From Lingula anatina (lineage: Eukaryota > Animalia > Brachiopoda): a DNA stretch of 64,000 nucleotides. Below are positions 1-13,179 of this stretch, piece after piece. Within the stretch, counting starts at the first letter, position 1. Each line of letters begins with the position of its first letter. The stretch lies in assembly GCA_051362555.1 (NCBI GenBank), contig CM120641.1, positions 38,818,401 to 38,882,400 of the forward strand, written 5' to 3'. The position numbers and the translations under genes are program-made. The notes beneath the pieces are model-generated. The model was given only the letters and a program-made list of their open reading frames with translations, was not told the origin of the DNA and did no database searches.

Positions 1-360
1 TGACAGCACTAGTACAATCCTTCATTTGCATCAAAAACTCCTTAAAAAGTATTTGAATAAGAGTCTCAAAAGTCCTTGAGTTTGTTCTTAGCATTCCTGT
101 ATGAACCCAGGTTACCCTGTGTAATTGAATAACCTTGTGTGATACTTACCAACATCCATAACTTGACCTGTAGCTGATAATATATAAGTATACACCCTAA
201 AGACACATTTAGGTTGTGGCCTAGCTAGCACTTGGCTCTTCTCATTTCTCATTTCTGAATGGCCTCTTAAACTTAATGCTCTTTACCCTGTATGCCAAGA
301 AACACGGGAGTTTGTATCAAGTTATTTTTATGGCTCACCATTTTTCTCCTTTTTATTTAG

Positions 361-1660
361 GTTGAATGTGCACCAAGTATGTTTGTATATACCTCAGAAG
401 ACAGCCAGTCCTTCTCCTGTATTGTATATAGGCCATAGGCAACACAGTATGTCAACAGTACGGTCACAATTACACCAGGAAGGTGTACTACCCCCAGCAG
501 CAGTAGAAGGGGAAGAAAAGCCCATTTCGGATAAGATACAAAGAATTGTGGATGAAATTAGTGGACTCACACTAAAGGAAGTAGCAGATTTGAATTCATT
601 ATTAAAAGTAAGCAGTACATGTTGTATGTGTGTGAATAACCTGGACAAAAAATGTGTTAACGTATTTTAGATTTACTTTTAATATATCTTGTTACAAGCG
701 TGAAACCATGTTTAAAAATTGTATGGCTAGGAAAAGGTTTCTAGTATGTGTTCCTTTACATTTAATTAGTTATCTTTGTTTACTTGTTAGACAAGTTGTT
801 ACACATGGGTCATAACATACACACACTTAAAAATATCATCCAGTGTAAAATCTATTTGTTTTGGTGAATATTATTAATATTTTGAAGATGAAATAAGTTC
901 AACACAACTTATAATTCTCGAAGAGTAAATGATTTATTTGCAGTCATTTTTGTATGGAAAATGAACGTAGTCAAGTAGTCCAATTTTCTTTATCTTTTCA
1001 GAAAACTCTAAATATAAGTGATGCCCCAGCTATGATGCCAATGGGCATGATGGGAAGTATGCCAGCCCAACCAGAAGAACCACAGGTAATGGCCATCATA
1101 AATATTCAAATGGACTGATGATAATGATGAATGTATCACTGTAAATAATCTGATGTTATTAAAGTGTTTTTATGTATTTGGTGTTGTTAGATCAGACAAA
1201 AATGTAACTTTGTGTACACATTACAATCTTCATTTTAGGAAGAGGAAGTAGCAACTCCTGTAGTTGTTACTGCTGTTCAAACTTCTTTTCAAGTAAAATT
1301 AACCGAATATGATGAAAGCAAGAAAGTTGCACTTATTAAAGAAATCAGAAGCACAGTGGAAGGAATGAACTTAGTACAGGTAAGTCTAGTTTACACACAC
1401 ACACTGCACAAGTCCATTTAGTGAAATACTTATTGTTAAGTTCAATTTGCAATTTGTGATAGGTTATATTACTTCTTTTATCCTAATGCCACTTATCTTC
1501 AAAATCCATGTCTTAAGTTATAATGCTCTTTTTTGTATTACAGGCTAAGAAATTTGTTGAAAGTTTACCCCAAGTTGTTATACAAGATGTTGGCCAGGAA
1601 GAAGCGGAGACAGTGAAGAAAAAACTTGAGGCAGCAGGAGGTGTGGCACAGGTGGAATGA
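361..1660 (+). CDS. MRPL12: Mitochondrial ribosomal protein L12 (bL12m), 5'-partial; exons 361-607, 1002-1085, 1239-1379, 1544-1660
   Basis: GT-AG exons splice in frame to ...KIQRIVDEISGLTLKEVADLNSLLK|KTLNISDAP...|EEEVA...TSFQVKLTEYDESKKVALIKEIRSTVEGMNLVQ|AKKFVESLPQVVIQDVGQEEAETVKKKLEAAGGVAQVE*, the L7/L12 N- and C-terminal domains. The start exon lies upstream of the window. Confidence 0.95.
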
Positions 1661-2065
1661 AATCAAAGGATTTGAAATACAGTGGAAAAAAATATGAGTT
1701 CTCACTGGAATGAATTTTTGTGGAATGATCAGAGACACAGGGATTTTTCTAAAGCTTGATGTGCATTTTGGTCTTGAATAATACACACTCTTGTAAACCT
1801 TTGAGAGAACAAACAAGCATCCATGAAAGGACAATAGGATGATCCTTGATGTGTTCACAAACTGATAGTGGGTTTTTGTGTATCATAAGGGATGGTATGC
1901 TCAGAGCAAAAATGCATGGCATTCCTGATGATTTATTCCACTTATTAGAATGCTGCTTTAAGGCCAAGAAATAGACCGTAAAGTGTAGACCTTATTGTAA
2001 CTATTCTCAAGTCAACTCTGCATGCAAAAATATGAAGAGTAGAAGAGAACAGGCGTTATAAATTT

Positions 2066-2250
2066 AGTCCATTTCAAGTCTTTTGTTATGGAAATTTATT
2101 TACTGAAGAAAAATTGTATAGTTATGTTGCGTATACTTTGAATTATTAAAACTCTATCATTAAGTCCATCTCAAGTCCTTTGTTATGAAAATTTATTTAC
2201 TGAAGAAAAAATGTATAGATATCTGTGGCATATACTTTGAATTATTAAAA
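2066..2250. repeat. Two-copy imperfect tandem duplication (~97-bp unit) between the convergent 3' ends of MRPL12 and CLCN7
   Basis: agtccat.tcaagtc.tttgttatg.aaatttatttactgaagaaaaa.tgtatag...tatactttgaattattaaa occurs at ~2066 and ~2163. Confidence 0.85.
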
Positions 2251-3318
2251 ATTCATTTATTAACTACGAGTATCAGAATATGTCATTTCTTTTGCATGAG
2301 TGATAATAGCAAATATAGATAATTTCATTTAACTGCCATTTTCAGTGCACTCTAATGCCAGATTGGGAGCAAAATCTGCTGTGAAAACATGGGGATGGTG
2401 GGGGAAAAGAGTAAATTCACCTAGTTACCAAATAGAGTCTGATATTTTCCCCCATGCTAGTAGTAATAAACTGCAAATAATAAACAAAAGCTGGAGGATG
2501 CGATATAACATTTTATTCCAAAAATAAGTATCTGATTACTAGAACTGAACATGTGTTAAATTCAAGTCATTGACAAAAAAGAATGCTATGAAATGCTGAG
2601 GATTGCACAGTAATGGACTAATTGTTTGTAAATATAAGATTCTTATTCTGAATTTATGGCACTCAACTTAGAAATGAAATGAAAAATTTCTGTATAGTTG
2701 TGAAATGCATTTCTCTTGTACGGAGTATTAATACATTGTAATTGTTTAGACTACATTGATAATTATATATTTTACCCTCCTTATCAGAGGGACAAGAACA
2801 GATAATGCACATAGAAGGAAAAAGATCCCTTTTAGGCAAAATACAGCAACTATCAAGTTCATTCCACTTAAAAAGGAGGAAAACCCATTACTCGATATAA
2901 ATATATAGTAGGTTTCCCATCTTCAAAAGTTGTACTTTTATATTGAACACATATGCTATGGCCAAGGTCATTCATGTATGGCTTACAAAATAATGTGAAA
3001 AAAAAAGCATTTTCAATTCCCTTAATTTACATATGTGATATGATGGTTTTAACATTCCACATTAAGTTTTGTTCCCTTAATAGGCACGACAAAAGCAACT
3101 GCTGCAGTATGTTCAGGGAAGAGAAATGCTCCAATATGGAGTGTATGATAGCTGCTTAGTCATATACAAATATGTTCTCAGCAAACTCTAGCTGTCAACA
3201 CCATACATTCAGTGTCACCACTTCAAATCTGTCAGGTAATTCACACAGCAGCTTTCTAGAACAGTACACAGTTTCAGGAACACAGATAGTCACAACTTGA
3301 ACACGGAGTATTCTGAAT

Positions 3319-6300
3319 TCAGCTGTGTGTAATGTCCATCTCCTCCAGCTTCAGTTCTCCTCCAACATGCTCTAACCTGTACCGGGCCAAGTCTTTTCGG
3401 GTTACCATGCCAACAACCTAAATAAATAATAAATAAAATGCCTTTGAAACATGAAAAAGTACATAATATTGAAACTTTGAAAAAGGCCTACAAATAAAAC
3501 AGGGCAAAATCCAAAATAGTCATCAACAGCCACATTTTGTATTTGGTTTTGGGAACAAGTTGAAATGTTTAGCATCTAAAGATTTTGACTTAACCAACAT
3601 TATGGCTTTTAATCCTTAAAATCTGCCACAGAAACCAAGTCGACTGATTACATATATCAAACTTTGAAAAACAAATTTTGCATAGTGATCAAAGAAAGGT
3701 GAATCAAAATTCCAACAGACATGCAACTCCATCCGTTTACCTTTTTGCTACATGCACATGCACACACACATATATATGCGAGCTGCATATTTACCTGGTG
3801 TGTATCATTGATAACTACTATGTGCCTCAATCCTAGACCTCGGAACAACTTGAAGATCCTTGGCAGGGATGCTCGCTGATGATCCAAGATTTACAATATA
3901 TAAGAAAAACATTTTGATTAAAAAAATTTAATTCATCATTGCTGTCTAATGTTAGAGCACACAATGTTATTAGTTAACACAAAGCAAGATGTCCAGACAT
4001 TAGTCACAAAAAATCAATAAATCTTTTACAACATACTCAATTGAATATAACTGATCATCTTCAAATGGCATTTCTATTGTTACGTGTTTCATGTAAAAGT
4101 AATTTAATGAAAATTCACACACTTTACCATAAATCTGCCAGTGCTTCAAAATCAAACTTTAGGTGCTAATATTCTATATTATGTTTCAACAGTTACATGA
4201 ACAAGTATCTTAATACCGGAAAATAGCCATTTTTGGCCAGTGCTGTGTTAGATTAGATAGAGCGCCACTCACGTCAGACACAGTGTATGGTGATGGATTC
4301 ATAAATGGTCTGAGATCCATGGTGCACTCTCTTTCGTGAACAGAAATATTGATTTGCTAGATGATAGACAAACAATTGTTAATGACTATATATGTGTACA
4401 CTGAACCTACATCTAAAATGTTCAAACCCGACGCAACTAATAATTGTATTAGCAACTTCAAGCCAAACTGCACTTTGTAGTTACGTAATCAACTCCATCA
4501 AAGATGGCTATTCAAATTCTGTATCGTCTTCTACTGCCAGCCTTCTACAAATTGAATTTTTCCATTTTTTATCAAACATTTGAAATTAATATCCACAATT
4601 ATTTGTTATCATTTTTACTTTTTATCTTCTAGGTAAGTTTCATATCAAGAGTATACCTTGATATCTGGAAATCTAGGGTACTGGTTCCTGAAGTCTTTTG
4701 AACTAAGTTTGGTAGTGTTGCAAGGATTTCCATGTGGATCTTTAAAGACCTAATATGAAAGATCAAAATACATGCAAAATTAGCCCCATTTGGTAATGGC
4801 TAACCCACACACACAAGCACAAAAAATCTTTTCATATTATCGTCATATTTTATGAACCTTTTTCAAAAATTAAAATTATAGGCTTTTTTATTTCAATGCA
4901 TCTGTTTGGAAAGTGCAAAACAATGTCCCCATACCTTGTTTTCTAGGAGAACAAGCAACTGGTCCCTCAGAATTAATCCCTTGAAGACACCAAAGGTTGT
5001 ATTATCATCCTGAAATAGAAGATAGTAAAGTACTTCTACCTAATAGAGCTATAATACCCACATTTGGACAACAAATCTGAGAAAACCAACATGCTTAACT
5101 GAGAAATAATTAAATAACATATTTATGGTTTATTAAAAATAAGCTGTAAAATAACTTTGAAGCTGATACTAATGGGATTCAATCAAAATGCATCTAGATT
5201 CCTTTAATTTCTTACAGCGTCAGGGTCATAATCATCCACCACTGGGAAACCATGGTGGGTCTCCTTCTCCAGCTTCTCTCTGATACGCCCAACTTTCTCC
5301 ACTGTTCTAAACGTGGTCACAGGATGACTCATTACTTCACTGAAAATAAATATTTTTACATACAAATAATTCCAATCTACATAGAAAAATAGGTAGGATT
5401 CTAATGCTTATCAGCCACTCATCCTATCTGAAAATATGAGCAGATTTGAATTTTAAAATATTATTTATGAAACTTCATTTATTGGCATTTCACTGGCAAA
5501 AGATCAAAAACATGCAAAAAAAAAAAGTGACACCAATTTTAAAATTATGTACATTAACTTTATAATCCATACATAATGCAATAAATAAGTGTTATGTGCA
5601 ATATAATGCAAAGCAGTGGATTTAATTCATAAAACCACACACTACATGTGAATCCCTGGTAAGTAAAACAACATATAAGACATGAAAATAAATGTACACA
5701 ATGTACACTCACCATGCCAGAACATTTGATGATAAAGGTGGGGGCTCCCACTGTATCATTGGGACTGCCATCAACTGGATGTGGATGTCATAAATACCCT
5801 GGAAATACCATAGTACATTTGGTGGAATAAATGGCATCAAAAAAAAAAATGACAGTAATGAAAGCCTGTGAAAGTTTGTAAGGACAACACTATAATATTG
5901 GGCCTAATTTTCCCTTAAAGTAAAATAATTTCAATCAAACTCAAAATAACTTGTAGAGAATATAGCTTTTCATGTTACAGACAAATGCACCACAAGTATA
6001 AACATTTGCTGCATAACCATCATGTTGCTTACCTCATTGAAATAGTCTCCTACCCATTTTGCCATCATTAACACCAACATGATGGGCAGACCCAAGGACA
6101 AGTTGCCAGTGGCCTCTGTGATGATCACAGTCAAACTGATTGTCATGCGTACCACACCCCCTGAAATTACAACACTTGATCATTAGAACAGGACGAAAGT
6201 GTTTTCTTTCCAGCTTTTCTTCTGTACAACAGTAAAATTACATCGAGCTGATGAATACGTTATTTACATATCTCAGTTAAAGCACAGTACTTCTCAATGC

Positions 6301-6717
6301 TCAAATATTTCCATAGTGAAATACTTCATTTGCTAAAAGTAGAAATAATAATAATAATAATAAATAAATAAACAAATGAAAAAATAATCTAATATAATGT
6401 TTAAAAAAACATGTCTGTATAATGTTTAAAAAACATGTCTGATATTGAATATCCCCTACCTAACTGGGCTGCTGCTCCGAGTAAGGCATACTTCCCAGGG
6501 TCCACCCATCCCTGGAAACACAGCAGTTTTAATTCATAATCAAGGGTTATATATTATTAAATCGTTCCAGGTAAGCATTCATTAAAAAAAAACATGTCAA
6601 ACAGATTATGTATATCTAGATTATCTAGATATCTAACATTACATGAAAAACAAGTTTTTCTTAAAGTTTAATTACTGTATCATTTTGCGAAAGTCAAGGT
6701 GGTGATTGTCACATTGC

Positions 6718-6749
<32 letters not shown>

Positions 6750-9700
6750 CATTCAAGAAGTAGGAATGCAAGTTCTAACATTTCTCGATTTTATTTAAAA
6801 CAAAAACAAAAACTACACATTATGACAGGGGAGTTTATTATTTGGAACCATACTGACCAAGCATTACTTTTTGTTATACTTAAATGTTTTCACATCTTTT
6901 TTTATATTTAAATATATTTCACAATCTAGTCAAAAGCTGTCACCTGATTTGGAAATATCTGTGCCAGGAAAATGCCTACAAGTCTCCCCCATGCAGCTCC
7001 CGTGAGGAGAGCAGGGATAAAAAGACCACTGGACACAGCCAGGCCATAAGTCCATATAGACAGGCAGAAGTACACTAAAAAGAACACACTCAGTGTCAGG
7101 GGCTGGTAGCTGTCTGAAAAAATTATATTTCATTATTAATGAAAATATGCAATAAAACTTATTCATTTAACTAATAATACTTTAACAGATTCACTAGAAA
7201 AGCCAATACAAGTTACCATGTGACAAATCATTTGAGACATTAATTCTGTTTCTTATATAATACTGGACAGTTTACAGACACCAACTACCATAGATATTAA
7301 TACATATCAACACAGAAGAAAAATTATCATTACTTCCCCAATATTTTGTATTAAAACTCAGTTTCATTCTGAAAGACTTCAAATTGTACAATGGTGCAAC
7401 TTACTGTTGGGATCATGGAACAAACTCTTGACACTTGCTTCTGGTGTTTGGAAAAATAATGCTGCCAGACCATTGAATTCTCCATCAGAACAAAAGAACT
7501 GAAGAAAAACAGTCATTTAATGTTTATTGTACAATGAACTTTCTGGCTTTGCTGTAAACTGAAGAAAGGTCGAAATGCATGAGAGAAAGGTCAAAGAAAC
7601 ATTGGATGAAAATCCAACAGTGGATACCAAATGGGACAAATCTAGAAACTGGAGCCCTATTACAACTGAGTCAATGATGTCAAGACTACACTCAAGAATA
7701 CTGCCCTAATGCAACAATTCTTAAAACATAACACGATCCGGCCAGTTTAAACAGACTCTATCATCAATCTAACACAGCCCTACCTGTACAGGATGCTCTG
7801 TGGGGTCATTCCCCAGTGGAGAACAGTCAGTGATGAAATACATTAGCACAAAGGCAATCATTGCAGTGATTCCAGCCACTATCATGGCTTCGACCACTTT
7901 GGTGGATTTTCTATACACATGCCTGGATAAAATGGTTAAAAGATTTATCAACAAAGCTTATTGAAACAGCCATTTTTGAACAGGAATATTTTTGTTTTGT
8001 TTTTAATTGGTTTCCACTATTTTTCAGCTTCAACATGAAGACCTCAATACATATTTTTCAATGTCATTTTTTTAAATACACAGTTTTTGTAATATCACAT
8101 CTCAAATATCTATATTCATATATCTACTTGTCAATATCTCCAAATAAATTGGAGAAATAAATGAAAATGACTTCTCCATCACCTTCAACAGAGTCTGACA
8201 TATTCTCACCTCATTCTAAAGACAGATAGCTTGTGGTTGATCATGTTGAACAGAGCACCAAACAGACCACCTTGAAAATAAGGAGAAAAAAAAAACACAT
8301 GACAATAAATTAAACTATGTCCATATAAAAAGTTACATGGATATACACCAAATCATGAAGGTCATTTTGTAAAAAAATAATCTATAATCAAACAAGTTCC
8401 GTCTTGATCAACTTCACCCACCTATGGCCCCTATCATAAGAAATATAGGTATCTCTACTCCATTGTAAGTGACTGAGTTAAACTCCCCAAAATTGATGAG
8501 TCCAGGGTTGGACAGGTCCCAGGGATGACCCTTGACATAGCTGAGCACTACATTAAGGGTGAAGGTGGAGATGAAGGAGGCAAAGAACTGGAATGGGGAA
8601 AAGAATAATATTATATAGATTCTGATGTAGATCTAACCTTTTACAGAGGTAATCAATACACAGGTATCAAACATATTTAGAAAGCATTCTTGTAATAAAT
8701 TCAATGCACTGACATATATACTGTATCTCCCTAGAACTGCTTATTAATGCTGCTGAATAATTTAAAACAATCATAAATTAAAATGCAAAGGCCTACATGA
8801 GAAGAAAAACTGAACCATGACAATTCAGTTAACTTACAATTCTCCATGTTAAGGACTGGTTCCAGTAGCTGGCCCCCTCCTCCAAGCTGAAGAGCACCCC
8901 ACCCACAGGGGCACCGAAGGCTGCAGACACACCGGCAGCAGCACCACCAGACACAAAATCTCGCTTTTCATGATCAGTGCGAAAGTATTCAAACACCTGC
9001 AGTTAAAATGTAATACTTAGTATGACAAGAGAAATATCAACATGAAAAGCATAACATATAAGAAGTATAATATTCTTACATAATATATACTAGTACGTCA
9101 TTCTCTAAAATCATCTTAATAGAAACCACTGACATTTTTCCAACCATATAAACCTAAAAAATTCCTTTGTGTTTTATTCAGATGTGTGGATTTAGATATA
9201 ACTAGGACAGTTATGAAAACCTGTGGCCATACAATGTATATTTTATAGAAAACATCCAGACATTTTCTCAGAAATATTACCCTGAAATCTTTATTAAAAG
9301 TTGCAGATCTTCCTTGTGAGATGCCTGCTGCTATCACAGCTCCACTGTGAATCATTGGCCCTTCCTGGAAAACATTTTGACACAAAATAAAGCCATATCA
9401 GTTAACTCTCCAGAAAGCATGTCACTTTTAATTAGCAAATGTAAATGGACACATGGTTCAACATACATTTCAACATATACTTCATTTTTTGTTTATCTAT
9501 TGTTACAATTAGCATCAATTTAAACAGACTAAAATGACTTTCAAAAACAGACCATACCCAGAATGAACATATGTTATGATTTACAAAATTAAAATCTCTA
9601 CATGAGTTTAAATAACATTTAAACTTTTATTTAAACAGCAGAAAATACTTGTAGCACCCTTAAACAAACCTTCCCCACTGCCAGTCCTCCAACCACAGAG

Positions 9701-12672
9701 AATACGACTCCAATACATTTAGACACCAGAGTTTTGATCCTTACTACTCGGGGGATTTTAACTCCGTTTAGATAGCATTTGATTTGGGGAATACCACTAC
9801 CTCCTGCCTGGGGCTAAATTACAAACAAATGCATTTTATAAATAAACAAAGATTTTGTTTTCACAAATTATTTTGTACAATTTCTTTTTTTTTTTTTTTT
9901 GTAAGCTCATATAAACTTGAATAGAAAGAGGGATATACACTGCATTTTACTTAATAAAATGGGAATAATTCAAATTGTAAATAAAGAAAGACTTACAAGA
10001 CCCAACATACTCTTATGAGTCACATAAATATCATACCTCTACATATGCCACCAGTATAGATGCTATGAGGACTGCTCCTGCATTCAGGGACACAAATAAC
10101 ACAAATGGTATAGACAAACAACTGTTGTTGATACATTTGTTTATATCTGTGCTGTGTCAAGGAGATTTCACAACCAAAGATATTTTTTACAACTAGTCTT
10201 TGTTGTCCTTTTTGGTGATAAAAAGCAACCGAATTTAGTACTGAAATTAATATGCATGAGTTTTGAGAAATTAAAATGAACAACTGTACCTCTAAGTATC
10301 AAAACACAGAATTATAAAATTTCTGTGTGACATCATCCAGAAGAACAGTTTATATTAAAAAATATGGCTGATGTCACACAAAAATTTTATAATTCTGTAT
10401 TTCAAACTCAACATTTCTATAGGTAAAACAAAGGATACAATCTGTTATTAGTTTATATTTGAGCTGTGATAATAAATCAATGAAGTAGTCTATGCCTGAT
10501 GCTACAATCCCTGTGAGAATTCCAATAAGACCCATTACCAGCCATCTTGCCAGGTTCTTCTTCACTAGAAACTGAAGTAGATTAAAAATCAGTTGACATT
10601 TTGCAGTATTCCTGTATTAATGCATCCAGTCAACTAATGTAACTGTTGTTTATTCCCACACCAAACAAACACCCAGTCTCCTGCACCCCTCTTGAAGCAA
10701 TCAAATCTTAGTTTGTTATAATATACACCTGTATCTAATGTTCCAGTAAGATGTGACATATGGAGACCCCAAAAAAATACAAAATGACAATCAATATCTT
10801 TCAATCTCTCATACATTATAACTTATTGACATACTTAATTGGTGTGATTTATAAGAAAGGCACAAGCAATCAACTTACCCTGTATCCTTTTGACTTTTCT
10901 TCTCTCTGGTACAACTCATTTTCACAGGTGTCATAATCCAGAGTCTGAAATAGAGCACATCAATATCTTTATTAACTATGATGAAAACAGTGACCAAATA
11001 TTGTGACAAAGAAAGTAAAGGTATGTAAGTTTGAATTATTATTACATATCACCCAGCAAAATGTAAGCATGACATACATGTTCTTTAATATTACCAAGCT
11101 GCACAGGTATAATAATGTCTACATTGTATTCAAAGGCATTAAACATAATTTACCAGACCTATAATTTGATCGTAAACTAAAACTACATGCTTCCATATGA
11201 AATTAGGATAAACTTCTTTAATTAAATATTTCACAAAAATTCAATAATGGATCTTTTCATCAATCTTATAAAATACCTTCATTTCACTATGTCAGCAGTC
11301 AAATAAACCAGACTTCAAATGAAAATAAGTATATTTGATGAATTTTACCTGAAACCTGGCACTGAGCACCTTGTGCTCCTCCAGCAGCTTCGGGTCTTCT
11401 TCATCTTCCTCCTCCTCCTGGTTCTGGTACCTTCCAGAGGTCTCAATGTATGGCACACTCCGCCTGTATCTGTTGCCAATTCCCTTGTTCTCTGTACTTG
11501 TGTTTAATGTATATTGCACCTGATAACAAATAATGACAATATAGTCCGCTACAATATGGTGTGGCATTTGTCATTTTGATTATTGCACCCTTGAAATTTT
11601 TTTGTATTTTAGAGGTCGAACGGTGCCATTTGGTACAGTTTAGAACTATGATTCAGCTGGTCAAAATTCTGATTTCAAGTATTGGTGAGATTCTTTTCAG
11701 AAATCAAAGGGAGGGTCACGACCCCACTGACCCCCCCTCCCCCTGAAATCTGCCACTGTAGTCTTTCAGCTAAGCGTTTATAGTAAGGTTGGGTGATAAC
11801 CATGAATTCTGTTTTACCATAATTCATTAAACTTGAATTTTCTTTTGTTCATCTATCCTTGCAAATCTGAAATAGCATTTGTCATTTTGATTATTGCACC
11901 CTCAAGCTCATAAAAATCACAGTGAAGATATAATTAGCTAGCTGTCATCTGCATAAAGTATGTGATGGCCAATTTGATGATATCGAAGTAGGGCCCCAAG
12001 GGCAGGGTGTAAATGTGCAAATTTGTTTCTGAAGCTTAAAATACCTTAAAGCCTTCTATGGAATATATATGAGGATGTCATTAAATATGTGAATTTTTTT
12101 CTTTTTGGCAAATTTTTGCAATATGGTATAATATTGTGGTTTTTATAGGTTCATTCATTGTCCAATAAACATGCCAGCAGAAAGTACCCCCCCGGGCTTT
12201 CACCAAATCTCTCATTTATAAGTGAAAATGAAAAAATCCCTTTCATTTTCGATTCATAATATGATAATTACCAACAGGTAAAATACTTTTGTAAACGAGA
12301 TTGAATTTTGTCAATATTTCCAGTAAAACAAAATGATCAAGGAAATGCACAAGTTCAAGATCTTAACATCAGGTGAATTAAGTGGGAGAGTACCATGTCC
12401 ATGATTTCTTACACATGAGCCAATAAGGTGCCCATGCACACTTGATGCAAGTGCTGTGTTTGACAACGAAACATGCAGTGATGGACGAGTGTTCAGCAAT
12501 AATAACAAAATGATCAAAATTTCCAGCACTTCCTCAAAAGTGGTTATGGGAAATTAATTCGATGAATAAATATACCCACTTCTATGCTAGCATCTGGTTG
12601 ATATAAAACTCTCTGCGATGGCAGCAAAGGAGTTCTTTCACCAAATCCCCGAACAACATTTCTATCCCCCAT
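3319..12672 (-). CDS. CLCN7: H+/Cl- exchange transporter 7 (lysosomal CLC-7), complete, ~22 coding exons
   Basis: Exons include 12672-12580 ([17 protein letters not shown]...), 11519-11349, 10944-10879 ([12 protein letters not shown]), 10571-10439, 10146-10037, 9813-9670 ([17 protein letters not shown]...LAVGK), 9364-9281 (EGPMIHSGA), 8996-8838 ([19 protein letters not shown]), a GLFIP exon at ~7112-6945, CBS-domain exons and a last exon 3417-3319 ([15 protein letters not shown]...*). The CLC signatures GSGIP, GKEGP and GxFxP are all present, and the C-terminus resembles CLC-7. Confidence 0.95.
10147..10438 (-). other. U12-type (minor spliceosome) GT-AG intron in CLCN7
   Basis: The donor reads GTATCCTTTG (U12 consensus RTATCCTTT). 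The branch site TCCTTGAC (10163-10156) lies 9 nt before the exon, with no polypyrimidine tract. Splicing gives in-frame ...[14 protein letters not shown]. Confidence 0.9.
11592..11758 (+). mobile_element. Fragment of a dispersed repeat (3' end of a MITE/DNA-transposon family); second copy at ~45135-45292
   Basis: tgaaatttttt.gtatttta...ggtgccatttggta..gtttagaactatgattca.ct.gt.aaa...gacccc.ctgacccc...aaatc..cactg is shared by both sites. Confidence 0.7.
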
Positions 12673-12775
12673 CCTTGTCGCATGATCAGATGTCAACTGC
12701 TTGAAAATTGGGTCAGTAGCATGTCAAAGTACAAATCAAATAGAGGTCGCTGCGCACGCGTCAAAAGCGATCAGC
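12673..12775. promoter_or_regulatory. Bidirectional promoter/5'UTR region shared by CLCN7 and POLR3E
   Basis: Divergent start codons sit at 12672 (-) and 12776 (+). The spacer is locally CpG-rich (gtcgctgcgcacgcgtc) in an otherwise CpG-poor window. Confidence 0.75.
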
Positions 12776-13130
12776 ATGGCGGACGATGATGATCCAGTGG
12801 TTCACGAGGTCAGTATCACTCTGCCCATGTTTTCGACATGTCATATCAAGTATTTCTTTTCAGCATAAAAGTGCAATGCTCTATCAGGCTAAAGGTATTA
12901 TTCTTGTTATTTTTTAAATGATTAACTGTGAACTATATGTCATACCTGAGCTGGTTTATTACAATATCTTCAACAATATTTCATCACGACACTCCGCTGT
13001 CTAGATAGTGATTGATGCCACATCCAGAGTGTCACTGTCATAGTCAGCCTCGAACAACAATTTTGGATAGCAAATTCTGTCCACTGATATATGAAGTCCA
13101 TGGGTTTGATGCCAATACCCCCCTCCCCCA

Positions 13131-13179
<49 letters not shown>

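Noticed and set aside
1-112. Possible 3' end of a hAT-like element (aagtccttgagtttg...ctgtatgaaccca)
   Set aside because: The other end is outside the window, so the TIR and TSD cannot be verified.
1115-1160. C/D box snoRNA candidate in an MRPL12 intron (ATGATGA...CTGA)
   Set aside because: Only ~20 nt separate the boxes and there is no downstream D box, which is too short for a snoRNA.
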